Shown piece after piece: positions 28,040 through 41,582 of a DNA stretch of 64,000 nucleotides. Source of the stretch: the human T2T-CHM13v2.0 reference genome, Homo sapiens; the NCBI RefSeq assembly GCF_009914755.1, contig NC_060928.1; one strand, given 5' to 3'. The translations under genes and the position numbers were made by a program. Position 1 is the stretch's first letter; each line of letters starts with the position of its first letter. Below the pieces are notes generated by a model. It was not told the DNA's origin, did not search any database, and saw only the letters and a list, made by a program, of their open reading frames with translations.

Positions 28040-29945
28040 AACCCCCAGCAAGACTGATTAAGAAAGAACAAATACATAAATTACCAGTATCAGAATTAAA
28101 AGAGGGTATATAAATGCAGATTTTGTAGATAGTGAAAGAAGAGTAAAAGGATATTTGAAATAATTTATGCTTGTCAATTCAAGAACTAAGGTGAAATGGA
28201 CAAATTCCTTGAAAAATAATAAGTACCAAACTGAGTTGAGAAAGAGAAATAGAAAAGCTAAGTAGCCCATACCTATTTTAGGAATTGAGATATTGAAAAA
28301 ATTGAAATTCAACACCCTATTATGATAAAATTTCTCACGAACTTAGAATAGGAGGGAACTTGCTCAATTTGTGACAAGCCTTTAGGAAATATCTTACTTA
28401 ACATCATACTTACATTTTGAAAGCTTCTCCCCAAAGATTTAGAAAAGACTAAGAAGTTTGCTGTGAGCACTTCTATTTAACATTGTTTTAGAAGTCCTAG
28501 CTTGCAAAAATGCAAGAAGATGACAAACAAATAAGAAAGGAAGAAATAAAACTGTCTGCTTACAGGCAGCAAGTTTTTACACAGAAATTCTAAGACACCT
28601 ACAAAATCACTACTAGTACTGAAAAGTAAACTTATCAGGATTGGCAGATATTAAAAATATCAACAACAATTGTTTATAGTTGTAAACAATTAGAGAATAT
28701 GTTTTTAAAAATTAAAGTAACGCTAAAAGCATACGGGGAAAAATAAAACAGAACTTTACCTTATATCAGGCATAAGCATTTATTCAATATGGATCATAGA
28801 CAGAAATATAAAAGTTAAAATTATAAACTTTATAGAAAAACACACTGGAGAATATCTTCAGTATTAGTACCCACACAAGATTTTTAGAGTTCTACAAAGC
28901 AGTAACCAAAAAAGAAAATATAATAAGTATAACAACATTAAAAATTTCTGTTCATCAAAAAACATCATAAGAAAATGAGGTCAAGTGACAGACTGACTGT
29001 CAATAAATATATTTTACAATGGACTTGGAATTGGTATTTATAAAATAATAATAAAGAGAAAATTCAGTTAAAAATGTCCAAAAGACTTGAGCAGTAACTT
29101 TTTAACAGATGTATGAATGTTCAAATATTGCTCAAGATCAAGTCAACAGGAAAATGTAAATAAAACCACAGTGAGATATCAAAATGATATGACATTTTAT
29201 TTCCTGTAGAATAGACACAATTTAAAACAACACCAAATGTTTGCGAGGATGTGGAGTAACTGGAACTCTAACCCTGGAGGATATATAAGAGGGTAAAATC
29301 ACTTTGTACAATTATTTGGCAACTTCTTGTGAAGGTAAACATGTATCTGCCTAAGACACAGCAATTCCACTAATAAGTATTTGTGCAAGAGAAATGAATA
29401 TTTGTCCCCAAAATTTGTCAATAAAGATGCTATAGCAGCTTTATTCATAATATACAAGTTATGGCATAGTCATACAATAGTATGTTACTCAGCAATATAA
29501 AAAACTACTAGTGCATACAACATCATAGATTTATGTATATATTTAGATTCCATTTATATGGAATTCCCAACCCAGCCTGGTAAATCTATTCTATGGTGAT
29601 CAGAATCAGAACAGGTTTTACCTATGTGGGATACAGATTGACTGGATGGGGGCACAAGAACACTTTTGGGAAAGAGGGGAATAATTAATATCCTGATTTG
29701 GGTGGTCTTATTTGGGTATATATATTTCTCTAGACTCATTGAATTGCACATTCAAGATATGTGCATTTCACTGTATGTAAATTTTATCTCAATTTTAAAA
29801 AAATGGGAAAAATTGAGCACTTAAAAAATGTTTTCTTTAAAAATTTAAATTATGTTATTACCTTTAGTCAAAAATACATCAAGTCCTAAATGAACATTTT
29901 ATCTTTATGCCAAACTGTCAAACTGAGAAAGTATGCTTTAAAACA

Positions 29946-32324
29946 TTTTTTTTTAAATTTCCACAGGTTATTGGTGAACAGGTGGTGTTTGGTTACATGA
30001 GTAAGTTCCTTAGTGGGGATTTGTGAGATTTTAGGTGCACCCATCACCCGAATGGTATACACTGCACTCTATCTGTAGTCTTTTATCCCTCACCCCCTTC
30101 CCACCCTTTCCTCCTGAGTCCCCAAAGTCCACTGTGTTATTCTTATGTCTTTGCATCTTCATAGCTTAGCTTCCACTTATGAGTGAGAACAATGTTTGTT
30201 TTTCTATTCCTGAGTTACTTCACTTAGAATAATAGTGTTCAGTCTCATCCAGGTTGCTGCAAGTGCCATTAATTCATTCCTTTTTATGACTGAGTAGTAT
30301 TCCATTGTGTGTGTGTGTATATATACATATATATATATGTATATATACACACACACACACCACAGTTTCTTTATCCACTCATTGATTGATGGGCATTTGG
30401 GTTGGTTCCATGTTTTTGCAATTGTGAATTGTGCTGCTGTAAATATGCATGTGAAAGTTTTTTTTTTTTTTTGTATAATGACTTCTTTTCTTCTGGATAG
30501 ATACCCAGTAGTGGGATTGCTGGATCAAATGGTAGTTCTACTTTTAGTTTTTTAAGGAATCACCACACTGTTTTCCATAATGGTTATTATACTAGTTTAC
30601 ATTCCCACCAGCAGTGTAGAAGTGTTTCCTGATCACTGCATCAATGCCAACATCTACTATTTATTGATTTTGGCCATTCTTGCAGGAGCAAGGTGATATC
30701 ACATTGTGGTTTTGGTTTGCATTTCCCTGATTACTACTGATGTTGAACATTTTTTCATATGCTTGTTGGCCATTTGTATATCTTCTTTTGAGAATTGTCT
30801 GTTCATGTCTATGATTTCTTTCAGCAGTGTTTTGTAGTTTTCCTTGTAGAGGTCTTTCACCTCCTTGGTTAGGTATATTCCTAAGTTTTTTTTGTTTGTT
30901 TGTGTGTTTGTTTTTTACACCTTTTTTTATAGGATTGTTGTTCTTTTGTTTTGTTTTGTTTTTTTCTTGCTGATTTGTTTGAGTTACTTATAGATTCTGG
31001 ATATTAGTTCTTTGTCAGATGTACAGATTGTGAAGATTTTCTCCTGCTCTGTGGGTTGTCTGTTTACTCTGCTGATAGTTCCTTTTGCCATGCAAAAATT
31101 CTTTAGTTTAATTAAGTTCCAGCTATTTATCTTTGTTTTTATTGCATTTGCTTTTGGGTTCTTGGTCATAAAATCCTTGCCTAAGCCAATGTCTTGAAGA
31201 GTTTTTCCAATGTTATCTTCTAGAATTTTTATACTTTCAGATCTTAGATTTAAGTCCTTAATCCATCTTGAGTTGATTTTTGTATAAGGTGAGAGATGAG
31301 GATCCAATTTCATCCTCCTACATGTGGCTAGCCAATTATCCCAGCACCATTTGTTGAAAAGGGTGTGCTTTCCCCACCTTATGTTTTTGTTTGCTTTGTC
31401 AAAGATCAGTTGGCTCTAAGTATTTGGCTTTATTTCTGTGTTCTCTATTCTGTTCCATTGGTCTATATGCCTATTTTTTATACCAGTACCATGCTGTTTT
31501 GGTGACTATGGCCTTATACTATAGTTTGAAATAAGGTAATGTTATGCCTCCAGATTTATTGTTTTTGCTTGGTCTTGCTTTGGCTATGTGGGCTCTTTTT
31601 TGGTTCCATATGAATTTTAGAATTGCTTTTTTCTAGTTCTTTGAAGAATGATGGTGGTATTTTGATGGGAATTGCATTTAATTTGTAGATTTGTAGATTG
31701 CTTTTGTCAGTATGGTCATTTTCACAATAATGATTCTACCTATCCATGAGCATGGGATGTGTTTCCATCTTTTGTGTGGTCTATGATTTCTTTCAGCAGT
31801 GTCTTGTAGTTTTCCTTGTAGAGGTCTTTCACCTCCTTGGTTAGGTATATTCCTAAGTATTTTTTTTTTTGCAACTATTGTAAAAGGGGTTGAGTTCTTG
31901 ATTTTATTCTCAGCTTAGTTGCTGTTGGTGTATAGAAGAGCTACCGTTTTGTGTACATTGATTTTGTATCTGGAAACTTTGCTGAATTCTTTTATCAGTT
32001 TTAGGAGCTTTCTGGAAGAGTCTTTAGGGTTTTCTAGGTAAAAAATCATACCATCAGCAAACAGCGACAGTTTTACTTCCTCTTTATCAATTTGGATGCC
32101 CTTTATTTCTTTCTCTTGTCTGATTGCTCTGGCAGGACTTCCAGTACTATGTTGAAGAGGAGTGGTGAGAAAGGGCATCCTTGTCTTGTTCCAGTTCTCA
32201 GAGGGAATGCTTTCAACTTTTCTCCATTCAGTATTATGATGGCTGTGGGTTTGTCATAGATGGCTTTTATTACATAGAGGTATGTCCCTTGTATGCTGAT
32301 TTTGCTGAGAGTTTTAATCATAAA
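29946..32324 (-). mobile_element. L1PB-like LINE, 5' truncated (~2.4 kb)
   Basis: 3' end GAACAGGTGGTGTTTGGTTACATGAGTAAGTTC; ORF2 peptides [55 protein letters not shown]. Confidence 0.95.
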
Positions 32325-33005
32325 CATCTCAGGTTCCCAGGCTAATTGTAGAATGCTAGTTCATTGAGTAGAGTCCAAGTTTAGTGTAAAAAGATGTGGG
32401 ATATAACGTTTAGGAGAAGGCAAGAATAAAAGCAATCAAATTCAATTATAAGAAGGATTTTTTTTTCTAACTGGTATTGAGATAAAAAAAAACCTTTTCT
32501 CCTTTTGCTTTATTAACTTTCTAGGGTAGTCTGGGTCTGCCTCTATATTGCTGGATCATTTTTCACAAGTTCTAAATTTTTTTCAGCTGTTACAGTCTCA
32601 TCTCAAAAATCAGTGCCAAAGCACTACTTATTTCAAAAGTACAATGTGATGATGAGAATAAAATAAAACCAAGACTTTTATGAAATCATGGGCTTAATTT
32701 TAAAAGGTTGTAAACTGGGATAATAATAAGTGATTCTTTACTTTTATTTAAGGAGGAATTTGAGTAATTAGCCCAGGTGAGATTTTTATATTTGTCAGGA
32801 AAAAGACTGATTTGACAGACTGTCTTGGTAACTTCAGGACTTAAAACTTCTAAAGAAAATAATGGTGTCTTATTCTCTATAAACTTTGGGATACTCTGAG
32901 AATCTTTCTAAAGGTCTGTGTTCATGTGGCCTTATGTGGAGAACAGACATGATTGTCATGATAAATATTACATGAATGAATTGATTTGAACAGTCCTAAT
33001 TTTAT

Positions 33006-33384
33006 TTTATTTTATTTTTATTTTTTTAAATTAATTTTGTTTTACTTTAAGTTCTGGGAAACATGTGCAGGAGGTGCTGGTTTGTTACACAGGTAAATGT
33101 GTGCCATGGTGGTCTGCTCACCTGTCAACCCCATCACCTAGGTATTAAGCCCCACATATATTAGCTATTTATCCTGACACTCTCTCTCCCCTGCCACCTG
33201 ACAGGCCCCAGTGTGTGTTGTTCCCCTCCCTGTGTCCATATGTTCTCATTGTTCAGCTCCCACTTATAAGTGAGAACATGCGGTGTTTGGTTTTCTGTTC
33301 CTGTTTTAGTTTGCTGAGGATAATGGCTTCCAGCTCCATCCATTTTCCTGCAAAGGACATGATCTTGTTCCTTTTTATGGCAAG
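33006..33384 (-). mobile_element. L1PA 3'-end fragment with 15-bp TSD
   Basis: L1PA 3' UTR antisense; TSD CAGTCCTAATTTTAT at 32991-33005 and 33385-33399. Confidence 0.93.
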
Positions 33385-33478
33385 CAGTCCTAATTTTATA
33401 ATGATCATTTTTATTATCAGTTTTTTTTCAAATTATCTCTTTGCATGCAAAGAGATGGTAATATATTTATAGACTTTT

Positions 33479-33856
33479 ATGTGGTACATATACACCATGG
33501 AATACTACACAGCCATAAAAAGACATATCCTTTAAAGCAACATGGATGGAACTGGAAGTCATCATCCTAAGTGAACTAACACAGGAACAGAAAACCAGAC
33601 ACCACATGTTCTCACTTTTAAGTGGAAGCTAAACATTGAGTACACATGGACATAAAGAAGGGAACAACAGACACCTGGGCCTACTTGAGGGTAGAGGGTG
33701 TGAGGAGGGTGAGGACTGGAAAACGACCTATTGGGTACTGTGCTTATTACCTGGGTGATGAAATAATCTGTACACCAAACCCCCATGAGGCACAATTTAC
33801 CTATATAACAAACCTGCACATGTAGCCCTGAAGCTAAAATAAAAGTTAAAAAAAAG
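33479..33856 (+). mobile_element. Older L1PA 3'-end fragment (L1PA15/16-like)
   Basis: ATGTGGTACATATACACCATGGAATACTAC...GAAATAATCTGTACACCAAACCCCCATG...AAATAAAAGTTAAAA; flanks TATAGACTTTT / TATAGAATTTT. Confidence 0.92.
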
Positions 33857-34763
33857 TATAGAATTTTTAAAAAGGGAAGATTCCTCAAGTATTATTGATT
33901 CAAATTCTCCAGTTTCACATTTGACTCAGGGAGGTGAAGTTACTTGCTCAGGATTACATGGTTTAGGGGTTACAGAAAAATGTAAACAATTACTTAGCCA
34001 TATATTTTTTTAAATGTATGCAACTGAAAAGTGATGGTGACTTCACTGACTCACCAGAACAATTCTGACTTCATAAACTGTAATGTCCTTTCTTGCTCTA
34101 AGGTTATAAATTTGAAAGCTATAAAGGGAAAAGTATTTGAATACGATATTTGTGTTTCTATCTGTATTTTGGAAAGGACATATCAGCAGTGATTTGAAGA
34201 AAGGGTACTTCTGCACTGAGGGTCTTGGAAGATGGCCTGAGGAAAGACAAAGAACAAGAAAAAGAGTTAGAATGAGGATTGCAAAGCATTGCTCACTAGA
34301 GATAAGAATTGTTTTAAGCATGTGGGTTTTCATAACTAAACTCCATGGTAGATTTTCTTCTGAATGCAGTGACAATGGTCTCTTTGTGCTTGCATATTTG
34401 CATATGAGAAGTTTGTGATATGACATAATTTTTTTTAACCAAGAATGGTAAATGAGAATGTGAAAATCACCTATATTTTCTTGCTTACAGGTGTCTGTGG
34501 AGATCATGCAATTAATACTACCTTCACAGTTTTGTATAGTTATGACAAAAAGTCTCTAAAAATAGAACAGCAAACATTGGCTCCTTTACTGGTCATGGAT
34601 CCGGGTGTAATGGATGTTAAGAAAGGGTGTTACAATGGATCAACTCGGGATAAGAAATACTAAGAGTAAAGCATGTTTTGAATTCAAGATGAAAAGTAGA
34701 GAAGAAAACTTCACTATAGAATCATAGAATGTTACAGTTTTAAATAACTTTAAAGATAATCTT

Positions 34764-35053
34764 GGCAGGGTGAGGTGGCTCACACCTGTAATCCCAGCAC
34801 TTTGGGAGGCTGAGGCAGGCAGATCTCTTGAGGTCAGGAGTTTGAGACCAGCCTGGCCAACATGGTGAAACCCTGTCTCTACTAAAAATACAAAAGTTAG
34901 CCAGGCGTGGTGGCAGGTGCCTATAATCCCAGCTACTAGGGAGGCTGAGGCAGGAGAATCACTTGAACCCTGAGGCGGAGGTTGCAGTGTGCCGAGATCA
35001 TGCCACTGCACTCCAGCCTGGGTGACAGAGACAGACTGTGTCTCAAAAAAAAA
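34764..35053 (+). mobile_element. Alu SINE, AluS-like
   Basis: full dimer with poly(A). Confidence 0.95.
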
Positions 35054-35725
35054 ATATTAATTCCTCATTCTAAAGATGAGAAAACTCAGGCACAGAGAAA
35101 AGAAATGACTTGCCCAAAGTCATATAATGGCAGATCATAGATGAAAAGCCAGGTCTTTTGACTTGTATCCAGATTTCCTCTTGATAATTTCACACTTGGT
35201 GCACATTCCACAGCCATCATCAGGCATTGTTTTTATGCCAGGTACTGTGTCATGCACTAGGGATATCCTGCTTTCTACAGGTACTTAGAGAAGTCATATT
35301 GACAATTACAACAGCAGGTAAATGGGTATAAAAATAAGCAGAATATTAAGGCAGTGCATATTCAACTCAGCCAAGAGAGTTTGGGAAATTTCTCAGAAGT
35401 ATTGACATACAGGATGAGTCTTCATGTTAAACAGGTGAGAGATGAGAAAGAGAAAGGAGAGCATTTTAGAAAAAGGAAACAGCATGGCCATGGGCGGGCA
35501 AAACTCCACTCTCTCTCTCAGATTTACTGTCATTTTGCTTTCCAACATTAACCTCATTTCATTATTCTTCTTGGTTCCATGCATAGACACTCATAATCAC
35601 CTCATAGATGCTTTGCTTTGAAGTGCTTTTGGGCATCACTGAGTGATACTGAACACTTTTTTTCCACTTGGATGTGTTTTATTACTTGCTTTCTGGCTCC
35701 AAGCACCTGCTGCCAATCCCAGCAT

Positions 35726-35798
35726 TGGGCTCAAGTGATCTGCCCATCTCGGCCTCCCAAAGTGCTGGGATTACAGGCGTGAGCCACCACACCTGGCC
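35726..35798 (-). mobile_element. Alu left-arm 5' fragment (~73 bp)
   Basis: TGGGCTCAAGTGATCTGCCCATCTCGGCCTCCCAAAGTGCTGGGATTACAGGCGTGAGCCACCACACCTGGCC. Confidence 0.9.
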
Positions 35799-36003
35799 TG
35801 AAGTTTTTTTTTTAATGAGTAAATGCAAGCTAAGAATTTGTCTTTGAGAGACACCAAACCTACAAAGCTGTTTGGAATCTTCTTCATGTATGTAGGTTCT
35901 TAGAATTGCTTCCCGAACTTGTAAGTAAAGACACAGGGTGATTGATCGCTACCAGGGTAATTAATTTTTTTTTCCAAGATGAACTTGGGTATTGACTCAG
36001 GTT

Positions 36004-36307
36004 GTTTTTTTTTTTTTTTTTTTTTTTTTAGACAGACTCTTGCTCTGTCACCCAGGCTGGAGTGCAGTGATGCGATCTCGGCTCACTGCAACCTCTGCCT
36101 GCTGGGTTCAATTCTCCTGCCTCAGCCACCCGAGTAGCTGGGATTACAGGGGTGCACCACCACACCTGGCTAATTTTTGTATTTTTAAGTAGAGACAGTG
36201 TTTCACCATGTTGGCCAGGCTGTTCTCGAACTCCTGACCTCAGGTGATCTGTCCGCCTCAGCCTCTCAAATTGTTGGGATTACAGGCGTGAGCCACTGTG
36301 CCCAGCC
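36004..36307 (-). mobile_element. Alu SINE, AluS-like
   Basis: poly(T) tail; TSD TTGACTCAGGTT (35992-36003) / TTGACTGAGGTT (36308-36319). Confidence 0.95.
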
Positions 36308-36479
36308 TTGACTGAGGTTCTTATTGCTTAGTGTAATATCTCTACTTCTTTGTTCTATCTATATGCTTTTAAATTTTTGAGTCTTTATTTAGAAAAGTTT
36401 AGTGCATGTTTTATAGAAATCATTTTCATTTGGAAGAGTAGTTTTAAGAATAAAATACCAGGCTTCTGTAGTTTCCTGA

Positions 36480-36872
<393 letters not shown>

Positions 36873-38039
36873 ACAGACAAATTTTAAAGGTGAACCATTT
36901 ATCTTGGATAATTTTTAGTTCTATGGGCACCCGCATCGCTGAAAACAAAGCTAAAAAAAAAAAATCCCATAGGCACAAAGCCAACTTTGAAAGTGAGAAC
37001 CTACTGAGCTTCAACCAAACCCACTGACAGTGCACCACAGGTGGACACCACATGGAAGGATGAAAAAATGTGATTGTGAAGGTCATGTTGACAGTTCCAT
37101 GTCCATAATCTATTCTTCTTAAATTTGATCTGTGCATCTGGTATATATTTATGCATGTATTTGTGCTATAGGAGCTTAGAGTTCTTTAAGTAGGTCAGGG
37201 TTATCTGTGCTATGAAACCTCCTGCTGGGAAGAGATGGTGAGGTGGTGTGAGTGCGCTGGCAAATGCTAGTGGCCTTGGATTACACAGGGCCCTATTAGA
37301 GGAGGTTTTGAGGTTGTTTGGGGATCTCTGCATCTGAGAAGAGGATTAGTAGGAACTATACTTCAAAGAGGACCAGGAATGTACCATTTCCTATAACCTG
37401 TAAGAGCCAAGGAAAATTCTGCTGCTGCAGATTCAGTTCAGGACAAGAGTTGAAAATCACAGTTAGTACCAAGCCAATGATCCTCTGCTACTATTGCTTA
37501 TAATATGCTGAGAATAAATAATTTGATAATGGAAGATTAGGAGACACATAAAATGGATACCTACATGGCTTATAGTGTAGATGAAGGTCTGTTTAAGGGC
37601 ACATGATCACCTTTTTGAGCACATTTCAGGTTGGTGTCTTAGTCTGTTTAAATTACTTTTCAACAAATGTAACATCTTATTGACTTCTCAAAGCATGATT
37701 AACATAGATATCTATCCAAGTTATCATCTTTATGAATGGTGAAATAGCCCCTTAGGGAGAGCTACTATGTTTCTTATATTTTCTAGTAGAAAGTATGGTT
37801 TAGAGTCTTATGTCAGGAGGTATGGCTTGGTCTTAGCAAGTGTGACCCACAGCAAGAGTTCATAGTGGTTCTTCCACTCAGATTGGACCACTGTCTGAAT
37901 GTCAAGAAGTAGCTGATTGGATTGTTTCAACAGCTTCAACAGTCCTTTCTTTATGTTGAGTCCTTTCACCATCCTGCTGACATCATCTGGTTACATTGAT
38001 GGGAGTCTGCTTTGTGTTAAAATATATCACATGTAGTTT

Positions 38040-38140
38040 TTCTTAATTTCTTTCTTTCTTCTTCCTTCCTTCTTTCCTTCCTTCCTTCTTTTCTTCCTTC
38101 ATTCCTTTCTTCATTCCTTTGTTCCTTCCTTCTTTCCCTC
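38040..38140. repeat. (TTCC/TTTC)n pyrimidine-rich simple repeat
   Basis: direct reading. Confidence 0.85.
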
Positions 38141-38199
38141 TGATAAACTTTCTAAAGTTGTAATTTTGTGGTTTTTCTTAACGCCATTTGTTACTCACC

Positions 38200-38390
38200 T
38201 AGATCTGCCATTTGGTAAACGTTCAATATTGGGCCACTTACTAACCATTTTGTGCCTCAGTTTTGTCATCTAAAACATGGGAAAAATAAATGCCTTGTAA
38301 TGTTGTTCTGAGTATTAAATGAGCTAATACAGGTAAAACTTTTAGAACAGTACCTAACGTACAGCAAGTGCTGAATAGGTGTTAGCTCTC
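38200..38390 (+). mobile_element. MIR SINE
   Basis: TGTGCCTCAGTTTTGTCATCTAAAACATGGGAAAAATAA...GTATTAAATGAGCTAATACAGGTAAAAC...TTAGAACAGTACCT. Confidence 0.8.
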
Positions 38391-39006
38391 ATTTCTCGTC
38401 ATATTGAACAGAGATGAGCAATTGAAAATCTGTGCTGGAATTTTGTGTCAACAAATTTATTATTCTTCTTCTACCATTTCACCAGTGTTTTGATTTTACT
38501 ACCTTTGAACACACAGGCTCAAGAGCAGATATAATCTCAAGCCATTAAAAGCATTTATTAGACATCCGTTATCCATATTATATAACCAAGGGGTTCTAAA
38601 CTGTGGCCTGGTTTAGAAGTGGGGTGGTGAGTATGACCTCCCAGTAGGTGTGTTTCCCTGGCTGTACACACGCATGGGGGCACTCAGGGCTATTTCCAGA
38701 TAAAATTTACATCTATGTGCCTAATGGTCCCAGGTGGACATATAGAGATGAATGTGTTGAATGAGTCTCCTGGTTTCTGGAGCTTGAAAGCTCCCTGTTA
38801 GAAGGGACTGATGATTCTTTCCATCCCACCTTATGGAATGTGAGCCTTACCCAGACCTAAATGAATGTCAGTGCTCTGTGAGCACCACCATTATCAAGCT
38901 GTGGAGTGACGTTGGCAGTGGAGGGCATGCACCTGACATAGAGAAATTTACACCCTTGGCGTAATCCTGGAGGTAACGGCGCTTCCAGAGTCACATAGTC
39001 CCTAAA

Positions 39007-39026
39007 GTGACACTAGAGGGCGCAGT
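39007..39026 (+). promoter_or_regulatory. Candidate CTCF binding site
   Basis: GTGACACTAGAGGGCGCAGT matches core CCASYAGRKGGCRS at 13 of 14 positions; several CpGs retained nearby. Confidence 0.55.
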
Positions 39027-39297
39027 ATGGACATAGCTGTGAATTGCGCTCTGGACTTGTGAGTGACTTAGCCAATCCAAGGCTGGGCTCGATAGCTCTT
39101 TGAGGAGGTGAGGGAACTGAAGAAAAGCAAGAGGGACTGGGGAATCTAGAAAGGAGCATTCTTTGAGAGAAATAATAGTGATGATAGCTACCATTTATTG
39201 AGCACTTATTAAAGGTATGATTTAAATACATTGTCTCATTTGATCTTCACAATTATTCAGTGCAGGGCTATACTGTCTTCATAAAACAGAGGAGAAC

Positions 39298-39629
<332 letters not shown>

Positions 39630-40499
39630 TTAGAGGAACTCACCCAAGGTCACACAGCCTTTAAGTGGAGGAACTGGTGTTTAATCCAGAGCTATCTGAA
39701 TTCAAAGACTATCTGTATTCTTAAATCTTAACCCTAATATTCTCAGTGAGGAAGGACTGAGGTTATATCTGAAAAAGAGCAACAAATAACAGCTTCAGGG
39801 CTGCTGAGGTGGGTTTCAAAAGTCACACAACTCTGAGGTATATTTCAGACCTCCTGTTCTTGGTGATTTGAGCAAAAGGTTTATTGCAAATTATTATCCG
39901 GAAACTATGTTTGTAGACTGAGAAATGGGTTTCTGTGAAACAGCATTCATCCAGAAAAGAAGTTTTTTTCTGCAAGAAAGCAGTTAAAACAAAAACCTGG
40001 GGGAATTTGACTCTGATTTTTTTATCACTGAGTTTTCATAGATTCTGGTAGCATTGGATGTGCATATGTTGGTGAATACAGTTCCAGACTTGCGATAATA
40101 GAAGTTGTATCATACATGTTCACCCAAGAGCCATTGCTTGACAGAGGCATCTCCAGGTCTGAGATCTCAGGGGAGAGGCCTTCACCCATGGCTGTGAGAG
40201 TTGCCATGGTTGAGAACACCAGAATTCTCTCATTGTGTTGCTTGCCTGCCATGAAGCCTCTGGAAGGATATGGTGGCTGAAATAAGGCATGAGGCACAGA
40301 TACAGATTTCCTGACTCAACTTCTGGTGCAGATAACATTGTTATACTACACATATTTATAATGCCCTTTTGGGTAAGTTTTCATAGAGATCATTTTCATT
40401 TTTTACCGATGCCATTAAGCTCAGTTAAGACTATTGGCAACCTTTCTCATCCTCCTCTCCCTCAATATTCAGTAACAATGGTAAGCTACAACAACCTAA

Positions 40500-41565
40500 A
40501 ATATTAAGTAAGACTCTACAAATGACATAAACAGAATCTTCACAAAGCAAAAATAAAATTTGTTTTCTTAACAGATGGGCAGTGATTAAAAAGATGAATA
40601 ACATTCAATGCCAGTAAAGGTATGGGGAAATGGGCACTAGAATTGTAAAATCAACACCTTTTGGAAGAGTGCTTTTGTATTATCTATTAAAATTAAAATA
40701 CTAATTTCCTGTATCTCAGTTATTCCACTTCCAGAAATTAACCTTTTATGTCTTCCTTTACTTGTTCCTGATTTTAACGGAATACTTTTATGTTTCACCA
40801 TTAAATAACTTTTGTTGAAGTTTCCTTTTCTTCTTCTTCTTTTTTTTTAGGTACTCATCATCTCTTTAAGGAAATATCTTTCCTTTATTAGTTTTTATTA
40901 TGAATCAGATTTGAAATTTATTGATGCTTTTCCTCTTTCTATTGAGATGGTCACTTCTTTTTCCTCCTTAAATTTGTTAAAGTAATTCATTTTATTGATA
41001 GAATTTCTAGTGAAAATCATTCTAGCAGTTCTGGGGTACACAAGATTTGGTATGGCATATTATTTTTATTAATTTCTGGATTTAGCTTGTTTAATATTTG
41101 ATTCAGCATTTTGCATCAGTGTTCATGTCTGAGATTAGCTTTCAATGTTCCTTACTTACACTGTCTTTTAGTTTTGGTATCAAAATGAGATGAAAATTTT
41201 TGTCCTTTTATATTTTCTCAAAGAGTGTGTATAAAATTTGAATAATCTGTTTCTTGAATGTTTTGGTAGAATTTACCTGTAAAATTATCTGATCTCAGTG
41301 ATGTTATTTTTCCCTCATGATAATTTTTTACTTATTGTTTTGCTCAATTTCTTTAATGTTATAGAACTATTTAAATTTTCTTTTTACATAAGGCAATTTT
41401 TGTATAGTTTTTAAAAATAAAATTGTCCATTTTTTCCAAATGATAGGCTTTTCTTGGTATTCCCTCTTTAATTTCTATTGTATGTGTAGTAATGTCATCC
41501 ACTTCTCATTCTTAATGTTGTATATTTGTGGTCCTCTCTCTTTATCTCTCTTTTATCTTTTTCAG
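40500..41565. mobile_element. Ancient L1M fragments (plus strand to ~40740, then minus strand)
   Basis: GGTATGGGGAAATGGGCACT...ATTCCACTTCCAGAAATT, then CTTGTTCCTGATTTTAA...ATGTTTCACCATTAA...TTTTGCATCAGTGTTCATG. Confidence 0.65.
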
Positions 41566-41582
41566 TATTACCAAATACATTT

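Noticed and set aside
33006-33856. Twin-priming (5' inversion) of a single L1
   Set aside because: Both pieces include the L1 3' terminus, differ in 3' UTR type and have separate flanking duplications.
34043-34507. Longest ORF in the track (154 aa, minus strand)
   Set aside because: No recognisable domain, composition typical of AT-rich non-coding DNA, and a length compatible with chance.
34475-34663. Acceptor-like TTTTCTTGCTTACAG|G at 34490 with an open frame
   Set aside because: No convincing donor before the stop and no recognisable peptide; such acceptors are common in T-rich DNA.
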